Shown here: positions 48,011 through 59,284 of the stretch, one piece after another | Position numbering within the stretch: the stretch's first letter is position 1 | Layout of the letters: every line of letters begins with the position of its first letter | Source: Paramoeba atlantica | Taxonomy: Eukaryota > Protista > Discosea | Direction of reading: 5' to 3' | Assembly: GCA_977017575.1 (NCBI GenBank) | Contig: CDRNVI010000020.1 | Span: 1-64,000 of the forward strand | Length of the DNA stretch: 64,000 nt | The notes under the pieces: model-generated | Told to the model about the DNA's origin: nothing | The model's input: the letters and a program-made list of their open reading frames with translations, nothing else | The model's database searches: none | Translations under genes and position numbers: made by a program

Positions 48011-48632
48011 GGTGAAACTGAACCAATATTCGCACTTTTCTCAATCTGGCAAAATTTTTACCTGAACGTTTTATCGCTCCTTTCTTTTATTCTGAATCAT
48101 GGTTCTGCACATTAATTTTATATAATCATTGTGTTTTTTGAATCCATTAGTACTTGTTTATTGCTCTTCTCACCTTTTAATGACATGCACTGGGTGCGGT
48201 GGGTTCTCGTGCCGTTCGAAACTTACGATCAGAAGAAGTTCTTCCTGGAGTGAGAATCAATGTCTGGACTGGATGAAAAACCACTCTCTAGTGGCGCAGA
48301 AAGTTATTTGCTACAAGAAAAATCACAGAGCTCCGCACACCATGGCATTAGTCGGGAATAAATGGGTCTGCACCAAGCATTGTAAAGGGAGGTACGGAGC
48401 TATGGGGCCGCTGTTGCCCAGCAAGAGCCAGCGAAGCGCTAAACAGACTCTCATGTACATCGTTTTGTACTGTAGGGGTGGGCGCCATGTGTCTTCAGTG
48501 GCGGAAACGGAGTTAAGAGTTAAACGGTGATTAAATTGCGTCAATGACTGGATTCCCTCATGGCCTCAGCGCATATAAGGGACGTGAAATTTTGAAAATT
48601 CATAAATTTGCGAATATTGGTTCAGTTTAACC
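48011..48632. mobile_element. 622-bp MITE with 24-bp TIRs and an 8-bp TSD (Merlin/IS1016-like ends)
   Basis: TIR GGT(G/T)AAACTGAACCAATATTCGCA; TSD GAGGAAAC at 48003-48010 and 48633-48640; no transposase. Confidence 0.85.
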
Positions 48633-51359
48633 GAGGAAACATATGCAGCTGACTGGTGGAGCAATGATGAGCGGAGTCCGAACCCCCCGTGGCGTTTCGG
48701 TCGTTGGATTTGGTCGCGAGCGGAAAGGTCCAGGTGGGAAATTGCATGTTCCACGGCGTTGAGCAAATATGAATCAAGCCGTTGGCATAATTCCTTGACG
48801 GCTTGTGGTGGGGTTGTGGTGGGGTTGTGCGTAGTGCATATACCATTTGACAAAATCCTGCACATTGCCGTATTAGCGCGAGGGCCACTTGCGGGTCTTC
48901 TAACACTGCGGTAGCTTCCAATGTATCCCGGGCTGGCTCAATCGCGTGTGTCTCTAGGAATTCCATACAGTGCTCCGCAGAGCCAATGGGGCTTCCAAGG
49001 GTGTCGAAGTTCCCATCGTAGCGGATTTTCTCGCTCGGGATATCGGGGAAGAAAACGGAGGTGTGGGCTGAAGCTGGAGGAGTAATAATCTCACACTTGG
49101 TGAGGTTTAGGAAAAGCCCGCACTTCGGCCCTATCTCATCGAGGATGTCTAGGGCCTTCCGGACTTCACTCGGTTCGCCTACAAGTATGCCGTCGTCGAG
49201 ATACCACAACTGTGTTCGTAAGTGAGAGCGGGACGCTATTTCCTTCGTTACCTCTGCTAGGGCCAAAGAGAAGAGAAGAGGGCCTAACGGATCTCCTTGT
49301 TGCACGCCTTCCGCCGAAGGAATGAAATCGTCACCGAACGTGAGACAGCTGTGGTTTCCGTAGCACCATTCGACCCATGGCGATATTTCAGGAAAATGTT
49401 CGCGTTTCAGGAAAATAAAAACCGGCCTACTTACGTTGTTGAAGGCGTTCCTGAGGTCCACTTTGCAAAAGGTGATGTTGTCGTTCTCCATGTTGTTCCG
49501 CATTAGCCGGCGGCAAAGGTGGATTACCCGTTCTGCTCCAGCAGCCGCTGCAACCCCATACTGTTTGCGTCCGAAAAAGGAACCTGCTTTTTGTTTAATT
49601 GAGAGACACACTGCCTTGCTTACGAGACGTCGAAGGGTTTCTCCTGCAGCTATAGGTCGCACGTCATCATTCCCCTTTTCGAGGGCGCAGAGCCGTGCAC
49701 CAGCAAAGAAGGGGTGTACTTCGTCTGGAGCTTTGCCAGCTAGCAGGTGATTCACAAAGGAAGTGAGTGTCATGAGAGGGTCCATGTTGTGGTCAACGTG
49801 CTCCTGAAGTGCTGTTTGGAGGTGTTCAGGTCTAAGCCCCATGGTTCCAGCAGAGGACCCACGGTGGAAACTATTGACTGCCTTTTTGACCTCAGATTCG
49901 TCGAGCTGCAAAACATCCACTTGCAAAGGAGGTAGGGGACTGGATATAGGGTTTGCGTGAGGACTGGGGTGCTTTTTTTGTAGCTTTTGCAGAGTTTCCT
50001 CATTGTACGGCGCAAGTGGCGCTGCAGTAAGGGCGGCCATGCCTCTCGAATATTCTCCCTGACGGACCAAAAGTTCTGATCGTACCTGAGATTTATCCTC
50101 CACATTCTCATTGCTCTGTTGCTTCGAACGTTTCCTTTCGTTGTCCCTAATCGCTTCGGACCATAAGGTTGCGTATTTTCCTTCAATCCAAAGCTCCATT
50201 CGCTTGAGAATATACGAGGAATATGACGTGTGAGCTTTGCGACCGCCGCGGTAAGGGGCTGGTAGAACGCATTTCGGGAGTATTGCCAGGAGCGTCCACG
50301 CCCTTACTGAATTTTCGTGCACCGCGGAGGAAAGGGCTGTAGTCAAAATTTTGGTCCACAAATATCGGCATCGATGCGGGACGTCCTTACAGGTGCTGAT
50401 TGAAGTCGTGCATATTTCGTCCAATGATGGTATATCGTTGGTGCCGTGAACGTCGTAAAAAGTTTCCCCTAGGGGTTCTGATGGGTGCGGGGAAGAAGCT
50501 GGCTGCACAGATTGTCCTTTGCATTGATTCTCGTGTGATGTCTTCTTGCTGGACGCATAATGCCGTCCACATTCGTTGCACAAGAAGCGTCCTTCGTTAT
50601 CCCACCAGATGCTGGGAATGCTCCCTCCGTGTCGATAAGCCACATGGCTATAATACGATTGCCATTGCCCTCCGTGGGCGTGTGCTTTCCAATTACAGTT
50701 TTCTGCGGGACACTCCCGTTGCCTAGGGCCTTCTTGAGAGCTCGGTATGTTCGTAGTGGTTTCGTCACCTGTCGGCGTTGGGGTTTCGAGGGTCGTTGTT
50801 TGTGATATAGTCTCCGGAAGGTCGCTATCGTATGGACTATGTGGGATACTATGGTCGATCGCTTCCATTGTTCTTGTGTTGGTTTTCTGTCGCGTCTCCT
50901 GAGATTTCCCAATGCCCCGAATTTGTCCTTTAGCACACGGAGATGTGGCCGGTGACTTGCGACGGGAAATTTTTTTCGAAACTGAAACATTAGTGGGTTG
51001 TGTTGTTCGTGAGCTGTGATTTGTGCTGATGAGAACGCGTGCGTGGGTCGTTTCCTCGTCGCCGTCATTTCTGTGTCCAGTGTCTGGTGTTTGCTGGTCA
51101 GTCGAAATTAAGGTGGCTTTCTGACACCAGTCTTCAGGGATGTTTTCCGGGATCGGTGTGGTGTATAGCAATTCGTTATATGAGGTGGGCTGTTTGATTA
51201 GTTGAGCATTCCCCGCAAATTGGTCCCAGGATCCTGGTTGGTGCGCTGCTTCTTCTTGCAGGAACGAATCTTCTTCCATTCGCGTTGACTCTTCAAAGTG
51301 GTGGTCTCCGGACATTAAGGTAGCCGTGTACCCGGGAAAAATATGAGATAAAATATAGT

Positions 51360-51396
51360 CAACAAGGTACAGAAACTGTATCTTTATCGTTAAAGA
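51360..51396 (-). ncRNA. SL-like exon copy (37 nt)
   Basis: TCTTTAACGATAAAGATACAGTTTCTGTACCTTGTTG, followed by a 44-nt UTR and the ATG of ORF 48622-51315. Confidence 0.8.
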
Positions 51397-51640
51397 GGTG
51401 GCGATGGCGTCGATGGTGCGGGGGGTGGAGACCTCTTTGAGGGCGAAGCGGTCGGATGCGTCCCCACGACAGCGATGGTTGGAGGAGACTTTGGGGCAAC
51501 AGGCGCTGTCTTTTTCCTGCGGCGAACGGGGGCGAGAGGCAAAATCACAGGAGCTGCTCCTGTTTCCTTTGCCTTGGAGCGGGTGACCACTCCCATGAAG
51601 AAATAAGAATAAGTAAAAGAAAGCAACAAGTGCCTGTTAG
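51397..51640 (-). pseudogene. 5' tip of the family A element seen at 34642-37360 (MGVVTRSKAKETGAAPVILPLAP...), fused directly to the next SL
   Basis: 51397-51570 is near-identical to 37190-37360; ATG at 51596. Confidence 0.85.
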
Positions 51641-51651
51641 CTTCTTTGGTG

Positions 51652-51784
51652 TTAAGATCACTTTTTGTATTAAGATCACTTTTTGTATTAAGATCACTTT
51701 TTGTATTAAGATCACTTTTTGTATTAAGATCACTTTTTGTATTAAGATCACTTTTTGTATTAAGATCACTTTTTGTATTAAGAT
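51652..51784 (+). repeat. 18-bp tandem repeat TTAAGATCACTTTTTGTA x7.4
   Basis: Perfect copies with no spacers, between a poly(A) tail and an element 5' tip. Confidence 0.95.
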
Positions 51785-52607
51785 TTTTTTTTAGGGGGGG
51801 AGAAGTATAAAACGCGGCATTGCCTCTATATTTTTACCCAGTAGACGAACCAAGTAGGTCCATTGGGGAGGGGAATATGATTTGTAAACAAGCAATCAAA
51901 TTAGCAATTCTTTTTCTTTCCACAGATGTACCTTTACTTTTTCTGAGCCCAAAACTAGCAATTTAATCACCCCTAAGTATATACTACAAACAAGAAACAG
52001 TAAAAATTGAAACAAGCAATCCAGGCCCAATCCATTCGCGCGTTCCGGACCGTGTCTTTCGACCTCTCCACGGCCTGACTTGTGAACCCTTCCCTTGCTA
52101 TACGGGAGGGCGCAGGCGCGGGCCTGTGTCGACAGCGACACGGTCGCGAAACAGGATGCTGGCCGACGGGGAGGAGATTCACTGCCCGTGTACTACCTCA
52201 CTTGGGGTACCTAGCCCTCGCGGGCTAGGCGTGAGTATAGACTCTGTCGACACGACCAACATCCGGACCAGAGGATGCAAGAGAGGATAGAAGCGGGTCC
52301 GTAGGTATAGGCCTATGTCGCTACCATTGGATCCGTTGGATCTGGCACGCAGATACGCGAAACCATCATTCTGGCTTGTGATCTCATTAACGCAACGTTC
52401 AGCTCCGTAAGGAGTTCATTTCGTGCTTGGCTGCGAGACATGAGTTCTTTCGACGCGTTCGCTCGTTGCGTTCCGATGTCGCGGAGGAGCGCTAAGGCAC
52501 TCTCACTCCAGGAGCCAAATGATTCCACAACCATGGCTGTGAAAAGAAACCCGGCCTCGGTTGCTTCCTGTCGCTGTCTCGCTTTGGTCTGTGCGTAGTG
52601 CTCGGCA
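51785..52607 (-). pseudogene. 5'-truncated duplicate of the 3' end of the 46.4-51.4 kb element
   Basis: 52220-52607 matches 46790-47168; same structured RNA, different distal UTR. Confidence 0.9.
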
Positions 52608-53219
52608 AAGAAAGGGAGGGTGATTCCTCCCTTTTTTTTTTTTTTTTTTATTCGATTTCACCTGCCTGCAGACCTGTCAGTAAGTTTGTTTTTTTTTTTT
52701 TACTCTAATGACTAGACAATTTTTGAGGGTACACTTTTTTTTTTGAATTTTTTTCTTGCTTTTTTAAGACCCATCCCCTCAGCTCGCAGCCAACCAACCC
52801 GAGCACACGTCACGTCGCGTAATTCATACCCGAGCACGTGTCAGTAACCCAATTACTCGCTACCGACTGACTCGTCCGCCCCCTTTTTTTTCTGATGATT
52901 CTATATAAATAAGTTTTTTTTTTTTTTTTTTTTTTTTCTTGTCTTGTTTTTTTTTTTTTTCTTACGAGTTGAAAACAAGCAATCAAATTAGCAATTCTTT
53001 TTGTTTCCACAGATGTACCTTTTGTTTTTTCTCAGCCCAAAACTAGCAATTTAATCTCCCCTAAGTATATACTACAAACAAGAAACAGTAAAAACTAAAA
53101 CAAGCAATACAGACCCAATCCATTCGCGCGTTCCGATTTTCTTGCTTTTAATTTTTTTTTTTTTTTTTTGCAATTAATAGGGGGGAAGAGTATGAGTTCT
53201 AACTTTCTATGAATGTACG

Positions 53220-56200
53220 GTATCAGTTTTTTTTTTTTTTTCAAATTTATCTCTATAAATCAATCTACAACAAATCACTCTATTTGACGAAACCAAACCA
53301 AAGAAAAGAAAAAGAAAAAAAAATTCATCACCCTCTAATTCAGGAGCAGAGGTGGATCCGGGTCATCTTCTGCCATCCGCGCCACCATCATACGAGCCTG
53401 AGCTCGCATTAAAGTGACATTCAAGTCACGGATGAGATTTGCCGTCGCCGTTCCCCTGTCCATCGTCCCTTGGGACGTAGCAGAGCGCCACGCTCCAACC
53501 TTCTTAAGCACAGCGAGGGCGCTGTCGGACCACGAGCCATAGGAGCCTACGACCATGGCCGCGAAGTCGTGCCCAGCAGTCTCGGCGTCCCGTCGCTGCA
53601 CCTGCTTATGGCTTGTGGCATAGCTCTCGGCGAATGATCCCGCCGTCACCCCGTTAGCGTTACGGACGAGGTCCGCGTATTTGGGTTGCTGAACGTGGGT
53701 AACGGCGAAATCAAACACCAGAGACTTGCCTAAGCCAATGCTGGGCAAAACGACATCACCAGGCCTCGTGGGCGCTCCAGCGGGACCGCGATTGCCAAGA
53801 CTTACCTCCCGTTGGGGGGCGAGGTGCGCCTTACTGCAGAAATCGACAAATTGACACGCCAGCGCGTTGTGGCGCGTCATGATGCCATGTCCACACTTAC
53901 AGGACACGGCATGGTCGCCTTTTGGTCCCAACGGTTGCCGACACCTCCCCATAGGACAGGGCCGCGTTCCGGGGTAAATGTCTGCTCCCAACCACCAGCG
54001 GGACAAGGCGCGAAACTCAGTAGGAGTGTAAGAGTATCCTCTCTCCTTGGAGGGAATAACGAATGCCCAACTCGCGGCCCCTCTCCCAGTTTGCGAAATC
54101 AAACGTGCGCGTGTGTTGCAGTCTGCTGCCTCATATGCTGAAGAAAATTCCCGGTCGCCTATCTCGCGACAAAGGTGTTTCTGTCGCGGGATAATCAGCT
54201 TTTCATTCATCCCGGCATCTAGGCTGTGATCATGGTGTGCATTGAGAGGGTTGGTTGATGCGTTATAATCTTTGTGGATTAGTGCCTCCTGTATTTTGCC
54301 GGTTGTCGAATCCACCAAAGTCTTTCCCGCCTGGCGGTTAACAGGCTCCACTGCCTCGGAAAACCATTTCGCCTCTGACGGTGCCCAGTCATCTTGAGAA
54401 CCCGCAAAGGCTGCTGAAGAGACATAAGCTGCAGATGAATGTATAACGGAGGATCTTAGGCCAAAACCACCGTGTCTCTTGTCGCGTTGGATTTGTGCTC
54501 GTGCCGGGGCGTCTAGAGGACAGAGTATAAGCTCCGTAGCGCGGAGCACGGCGTTATCAAGCCTCTGACAGAGGTCTACCATGTATTTTGGTGGCGTTGT
54601 GCGGAGGGAGTAGACTAATTGGCAAAAGCCAGAGCAGTGGCGAATTAGCGTGAGGGCTACCTGTGGGTCTTCTAGTATGCCTATCGCCTTTAGAGTTGCT
54701 TCCGCAGGTTCGATCGCAAACTCACGTAGGTATTCAATACAGAACTCTTCTGACCCTACTGGGCTACCCAAGATGCTAAAGTTTCCTTCGTGATTTTTCA
54801 TTCTGGCTGGGATGGTAGTGAATGAGTCCGTGCAACGCGAGGATACCGGATGAGATATTATCTCGCATTTACTCGCATTAAGATGGAGCCCCCACTGAGG
54901 TCCCGCACATGCTATAGCATCCAACGCCCTCCGTACGCTGTCGGATTTTCCGGCCAAAACACCGTCATCGAGATACCAAAGGTGCAAGAGGAGTCCGCTG
55001 GGCACTTCATTCTCGATCAGTTCAGTAATCTCTCGCAGAACCATGGAGAAAAGGAGGGGCCCTAAAGGGTCCCCCTGTTGAACTCCTTCGGTGGAGGCAA
55101 CTGTTTGAGAACCATATGTGAGTGCGCTATCGGTGGCGTAGCACCAATTTATCCAAGGAGTCAACTCGGGGAAGTGCTTTTCTGATAGGGATATGAACGC
55201 CGCCCTGGAAACCGTATTGAATGCGTTACGAAGGTCCACCTTGCATAAGACAAATTCTGGGTCATTCTTTGTGGACTCCACCACTTGGCGGCAGAGGTGG
55301 ATAACCCTTTCGGAGCCAGATGCCGTTGCCACACCATATTGACGTCCTTGGAAAAGTGTGCTAGCTTTGGACTTTACAACAGAGCAGGCAGCCTTGCTGA
55401 CCATGCGGCGCAACGTTTCCCCTGCTGCGATAGGTCTTACATCATTTTGCCCTTTCTGCAATGCACACAATCGAGCCCCTGCGTAACATTGTTGTGCTTC
55501 AACTGGAGCCTTACCGGCGAGTAGGTGATTGGCAAGCTTTGTGAGACTCTCGAGGGGATGAACATCCGTGTCAGTTCCAGCGAATAATGCCGCTTGTATG
55601 TGTTCCGCTCGTAGCGCCATGGTTCCACCTGAGGAGCCCCTGTTAAAGCTTTGGATCGCCTTTCGTACATCATCCTCATTGACAGTCAAGTAAATGATTT
55701 CGTTGGAGGACGGTGCGCTTTGGCGTAGTGGACCGAACAGCCGGCTCGGGTGCTTGGTGACTAGTTTGTTATATGTCTCCTCATTGTCGGGTGCCATTGG
55801 CGCCGAAGTGAGTGCAGCTATTCCTCGAGAAACTTCTCCTTGACGGACCAGTAGTTCGGAGCGAATCGCTTTCTTTTCCTCATCCAGTAGTGTACCTGCT
55901 CCGGATCCTTGCTTCCTCTTCTTCTGGTGTTCAAGTACAGCTTCTTTCCACAGGGCTGAATATTCGTGTGCTTCCCAGCGATCCAGACATTTCCGCACGT
56001 GGGAGGCGTACGAGCTATTTCCCTTTCGTCCTCTTCTATGCGGGGCTGGAAGGACACATTTCGGAAGCATCGCTAGTCGTGTCCATGCAGCGACGGTGTT
56101 CTCCCTCTCGGCTGTTGCGACGGTGGCTGTTAGGACCGTAGCCCACTGGCGTCGACATCGGAAAGGAACGTCTTTGGACGTGGTCATAGGTGTTGTACAG

Positions 56201-57516
56201 ACGGCTCTTAGGCTAGGGAAACATGGTGGGTCTATAGTGGGCGGTAAGCTAGATTCCTCTGGCGTCTCTGAAGGGTACGCGGGGTCAGGAAAATCTGTTG
56301 TTGGTGATGGCTGTGTGGGAGGTGGGTCCGCCCCGTAGCATTGAATTGAATGGGCTTCCTTCTTGGTCAACACAAAATGTTTGTTGCACACCGTGCAAAG
56401 AAATCTGCCTTCACGTGCCCATCACTCTAGCGGTATGCCTTCGGCGTGTCGGGAGGCCACATGATTATAAAAAGCTTGCCATTTGCCGCCGTGGGATTGT
56501 GCGGACCACGCACATCCGTCTGCCGGACAGTACCGACGTTCCGGGAGCGGCGGGTCCCCCGCAGAATGAAGAGGTGGCACGACAGCTTCCGTTGCAGGAC
56601 CAGCTAGAGTCACAGCGCGGTGAGGGTCGCATAGTACGGTCTCCTGAGTTGAGTCAGTCTCGTCGGTTGGGGATACAGGAATCGATAAATCAAAGCTAGG
56701 AGGATTGCTCAAGGTAACAGAGAACGAGGTGGGGGGAGCAGGTTGCGGTGAGACACAATTTCGTTTACGTGTGCAGAGGTTTAGCGTCACAGGGGGGTCA
56801 TGACCTGGTGCGGCAACGTCCTTGGAACGAAGTGAAAGCAGACCACGCGTTTTCAATATAATGCTCCCGACCAGGCATGCGACTGTCCAAGTCACCGTGC
56901 ATCCTAGGGCGAGGACGTTCCCTACAATAACACTAGTGTACTTTAGTATGAAGAAGACGATCGTCACCAGTACGTATGCAAACTGTATGTATGTGATGGG
57001 AACTGTCAATAGGCGCCTCCACTGCGCCGTGCGGGCTGGGGCGTGTGCACGCTTACAGCACTGGTGTCTGCACGTCGACTTTACCTTGCAGCTGTGGTGG
57101 CACGGTTTCGTGGACAGATTTTCCTGCGTCGCGTGTGGCCGCGTGAATTCCGTACCAGTGTTGAGACCGCGCTTGCAACAACTGTGTTTGCATGTCAGTT
57201 TGTTTTTACATATGTGTTTGCAAAGATTAGTGGAATCTTCGCGAGGGAGATCAGAAATTTTTACCGGTGAATCCGTCGGAGAAGTTTTTGCGTCGTGGGG
57301 GTTTGGAAGCAAGGAATCCTTCAGGGGGCGGTTCTTATGTCCGTGGCACAAAGGTAAGGGTGGAGTTTCAATGTGTTGGCCCGAGCGTATGGCTACGGAG
57401 CGAGTCAACGCGACCATTTGGAGAGGATTAGGAAATAAATCAACAAGGTACAACAAGGTACAGAAACAACAAGGTACAGAAACTGTATCTTTATCGTTAA
57501 AACTGTATCTTTATCG
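53220..57516 (-). mobile_element. CRE family B element, full length (one in-frame TGA at 56422), with a stuttered SL
   Basis: ATG at 57417 (MVALTRSV); ORFs 56422-57456 and 53335-56391 are in frame across TGA ('GIPLE*WAREGRF', where homologs have WW); RT 'GVQQGDPLGPLLF...WYLDDG'; RLE 'RPGDVVLP...DFAVTH'; short UTR and poly(A). Confidence 0.93.
57441..57516 (-). ncRNA. Stuttered SL-like block (four overlapping partial copies)
   Basis: Minus strand: A8, CGATAAAGATACAGTT, TTAACG...CCTTGTTG (34 nt), TTTCTGTACCTTGTTG, TACCTTGTTG, then UTR. Confidence 0.82.
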
Positions 57517-57589
57517 TTTTTTTTGGTATTTTTTTTTTGGGGGGGGGGAATAGTATTGAGTTTAACGTTTTTATCTACTTTTCGAACAC

Positions 57590-59270
57590 TTTCGCACACT
57601 TTTCACACTTCACCGTACTTACTCTCCCCACTTCACCGTACTTACTCCCCACTTTCCACACTTTCCCTTAACCCTCTCATCCATCCCCGTCCTTACCCCC
57701 CCCTTTTTTTTTTTAAATATAGAACTAACAAATCTGCTTTCCCATTTTACCCACTTGCCCTTACCAATCTTTCCAACTTTCCAGGGAGGGTAAGATCTCC
57801 CTCTGCTAGGGGGGGCTTTCACCTAACCATTCGCGCGTTCCGGACCGGGTCTTTCGACCTCTCCCAGCTTGCCTTGTGAACCCTTCTCTTGTTGTACGAG
57901 AGGGCGCAAGCAATGGGTCTGTGCCGACAGCGACACGGTCGCGAAACAGGATGCTGGCCGACGGGGAGGAGATTCACTACCCGTGTACTACCTCACTTGG
58001 GGTACCTAGCCCTGACGGACTAGGCGTGAGTAGACTCTGTCGACGCGACCAGCACCCTCAGCCTTCGAACATGCCGGGATCCGCGAGCCTTGGTTTAGGC
58101 TACTGCAAAATAAGTGCCGGTTGTGGATCTTCAGCCGGCATGCGTGAGACAAGCATTCTCGATTGAGAACGCATCAGGGTGAGGTTAAGCTCTTGAAGCA
58201 GCTGACGGGTAGCTGCTTCTTGAGATAGAGCCCCCTGGGAACATGAGGCGCGATGCTTCCCCACCCATCTAAGGATTGATAGGGCACTTGCACTCCAAGC
58301 ACCATATGATTCTACCACCATGGCAACAAATACATGTTTTGCTTGTTCCGCCTCCTCTCTCTCTTTCACCTTGTGAGAAGCGGCGTAGTGCTCCGCAAAT
58401 GATCCTGCCGCCACCCCGTTAGCGTTGCGGACTAAGTCCGTGTATTTAGGTTGCTGAACGTGGGTGACAGCAAAATCAAGCACCAGACCTTGAGCTTTCT
58501 CATAGCCCGGAATAAAGACATCGCCCGGCCTCGTGGGACAGACGCCAGGCCCTAGGTTCCCCAGGCTTACCTCACGTGAAGGTGATAAATTCGCCTTGGA
58601 GCACGTGTTGGTGAATTGTGTAATGAGCGCATTGTGGCGGGAGATCAGTCCATTCCCACTTTTGCAAGACACTGCATGGTTTCCTTCGAGGTCGAGAGGT
58701 TGTTGGCATGTGTTAATTGGGCACGTGCTCAACTCGTTGTAGACCTTGGCACCTAACCACCACCTGGAGAGGGCGCGGAATTCTGTGGGTGTGTAAGCGT
58801 GGCCAAGCTCTGTTGATGGGATGCAAAATGCCCAGCTGCTGGCCCCATCTCCAGTCTGAGAGGTGTATCTCGCGCGAGTGCTACTGTCCGCCGCTGCGTA
58901 CGCACATGAAAATTCGTGCGCCGAGATTGCGTCGCTCAAGGCACGTTGACGGGGGGTGCAAGAATTGTCCGTTTCTGTACTTTGACTAGATCCTTTCGGA
59001 AAAGGGGAGATGATCTCCTCTAATGCTCTTCCCGTGTCCGGATCAACTACGGGGCCTCCGCTCCGGCGATTGATGTCCAGGACTGCAGAAGAGAATCCTT
59101 CTGCATCTAACGGTAGCCAACGATCCGTCTCTGCAGCAAAAGCAACTGAAGACACGTACGCCGCTGAGCGGTGCGCAGATGCAGATCGGAGACCAAAACC
59201 TCCATACCGTTTCGGGCGTTGAACTTGTGAACGAGCTGAGGAGCTAAGCGGGCGTATGTTCCATTCATAC
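57590..59270 (-). pseudogene. CRE family B 3' fragment with a variant structured 3' RNA
   Basis: ORF 58100-59155: 'CPINTC...HAVSCKSGNGLISRHNAL...RPGDVFIP...DFAVTH'. Confidence 0.9.
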
Positions 59271-59284
59271 GCATGGAGGACTGC

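Larger units (their letters stand above)
46398..51396 (-). mobile_element. CRE family B element, full length, with 5' SL, interrupted by a MITE
   Basis: SL at 51360-51396; ORF 48622-51315 rejoins 47594-47983 ('AYVSSITFS') when 48011-48640 is removed; one in-frame TAA at 47594; RLE 46883-47545; structured 3' UTR and poly(A) at 46398-46408. Confidence 0.92.

Noticed and set aside
51624-51630. Seventh SL remnant (CTTGTTG) 28 nt upstream of the ATG at 51596
   Set aside because: Only 7 nt match and the following base differs from the other copies. Suggestive but not supportable.
51652-51784. CRISPR array
   Set aside because: The 18-bp units are contiguous with no spacers, and there are no cas genes.
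17380-56424. Alternative genetic code (in-frame stops within conserved ORFs, as in Blastocrithidia)
   Set aside because: The stops fall at positions expected to be R (TGA, 17527 and 40869), Q (TAG, ~17430), Y (TAA, 47594) and W (TGA, 56422). This is inconsistent with one reassignment and fits point-mutation decay.
4614-57516. Functional SL RNA genes
   Set aside because: No copy is followed by a GT-starting intron or shares upstream or downstream gene sequence.
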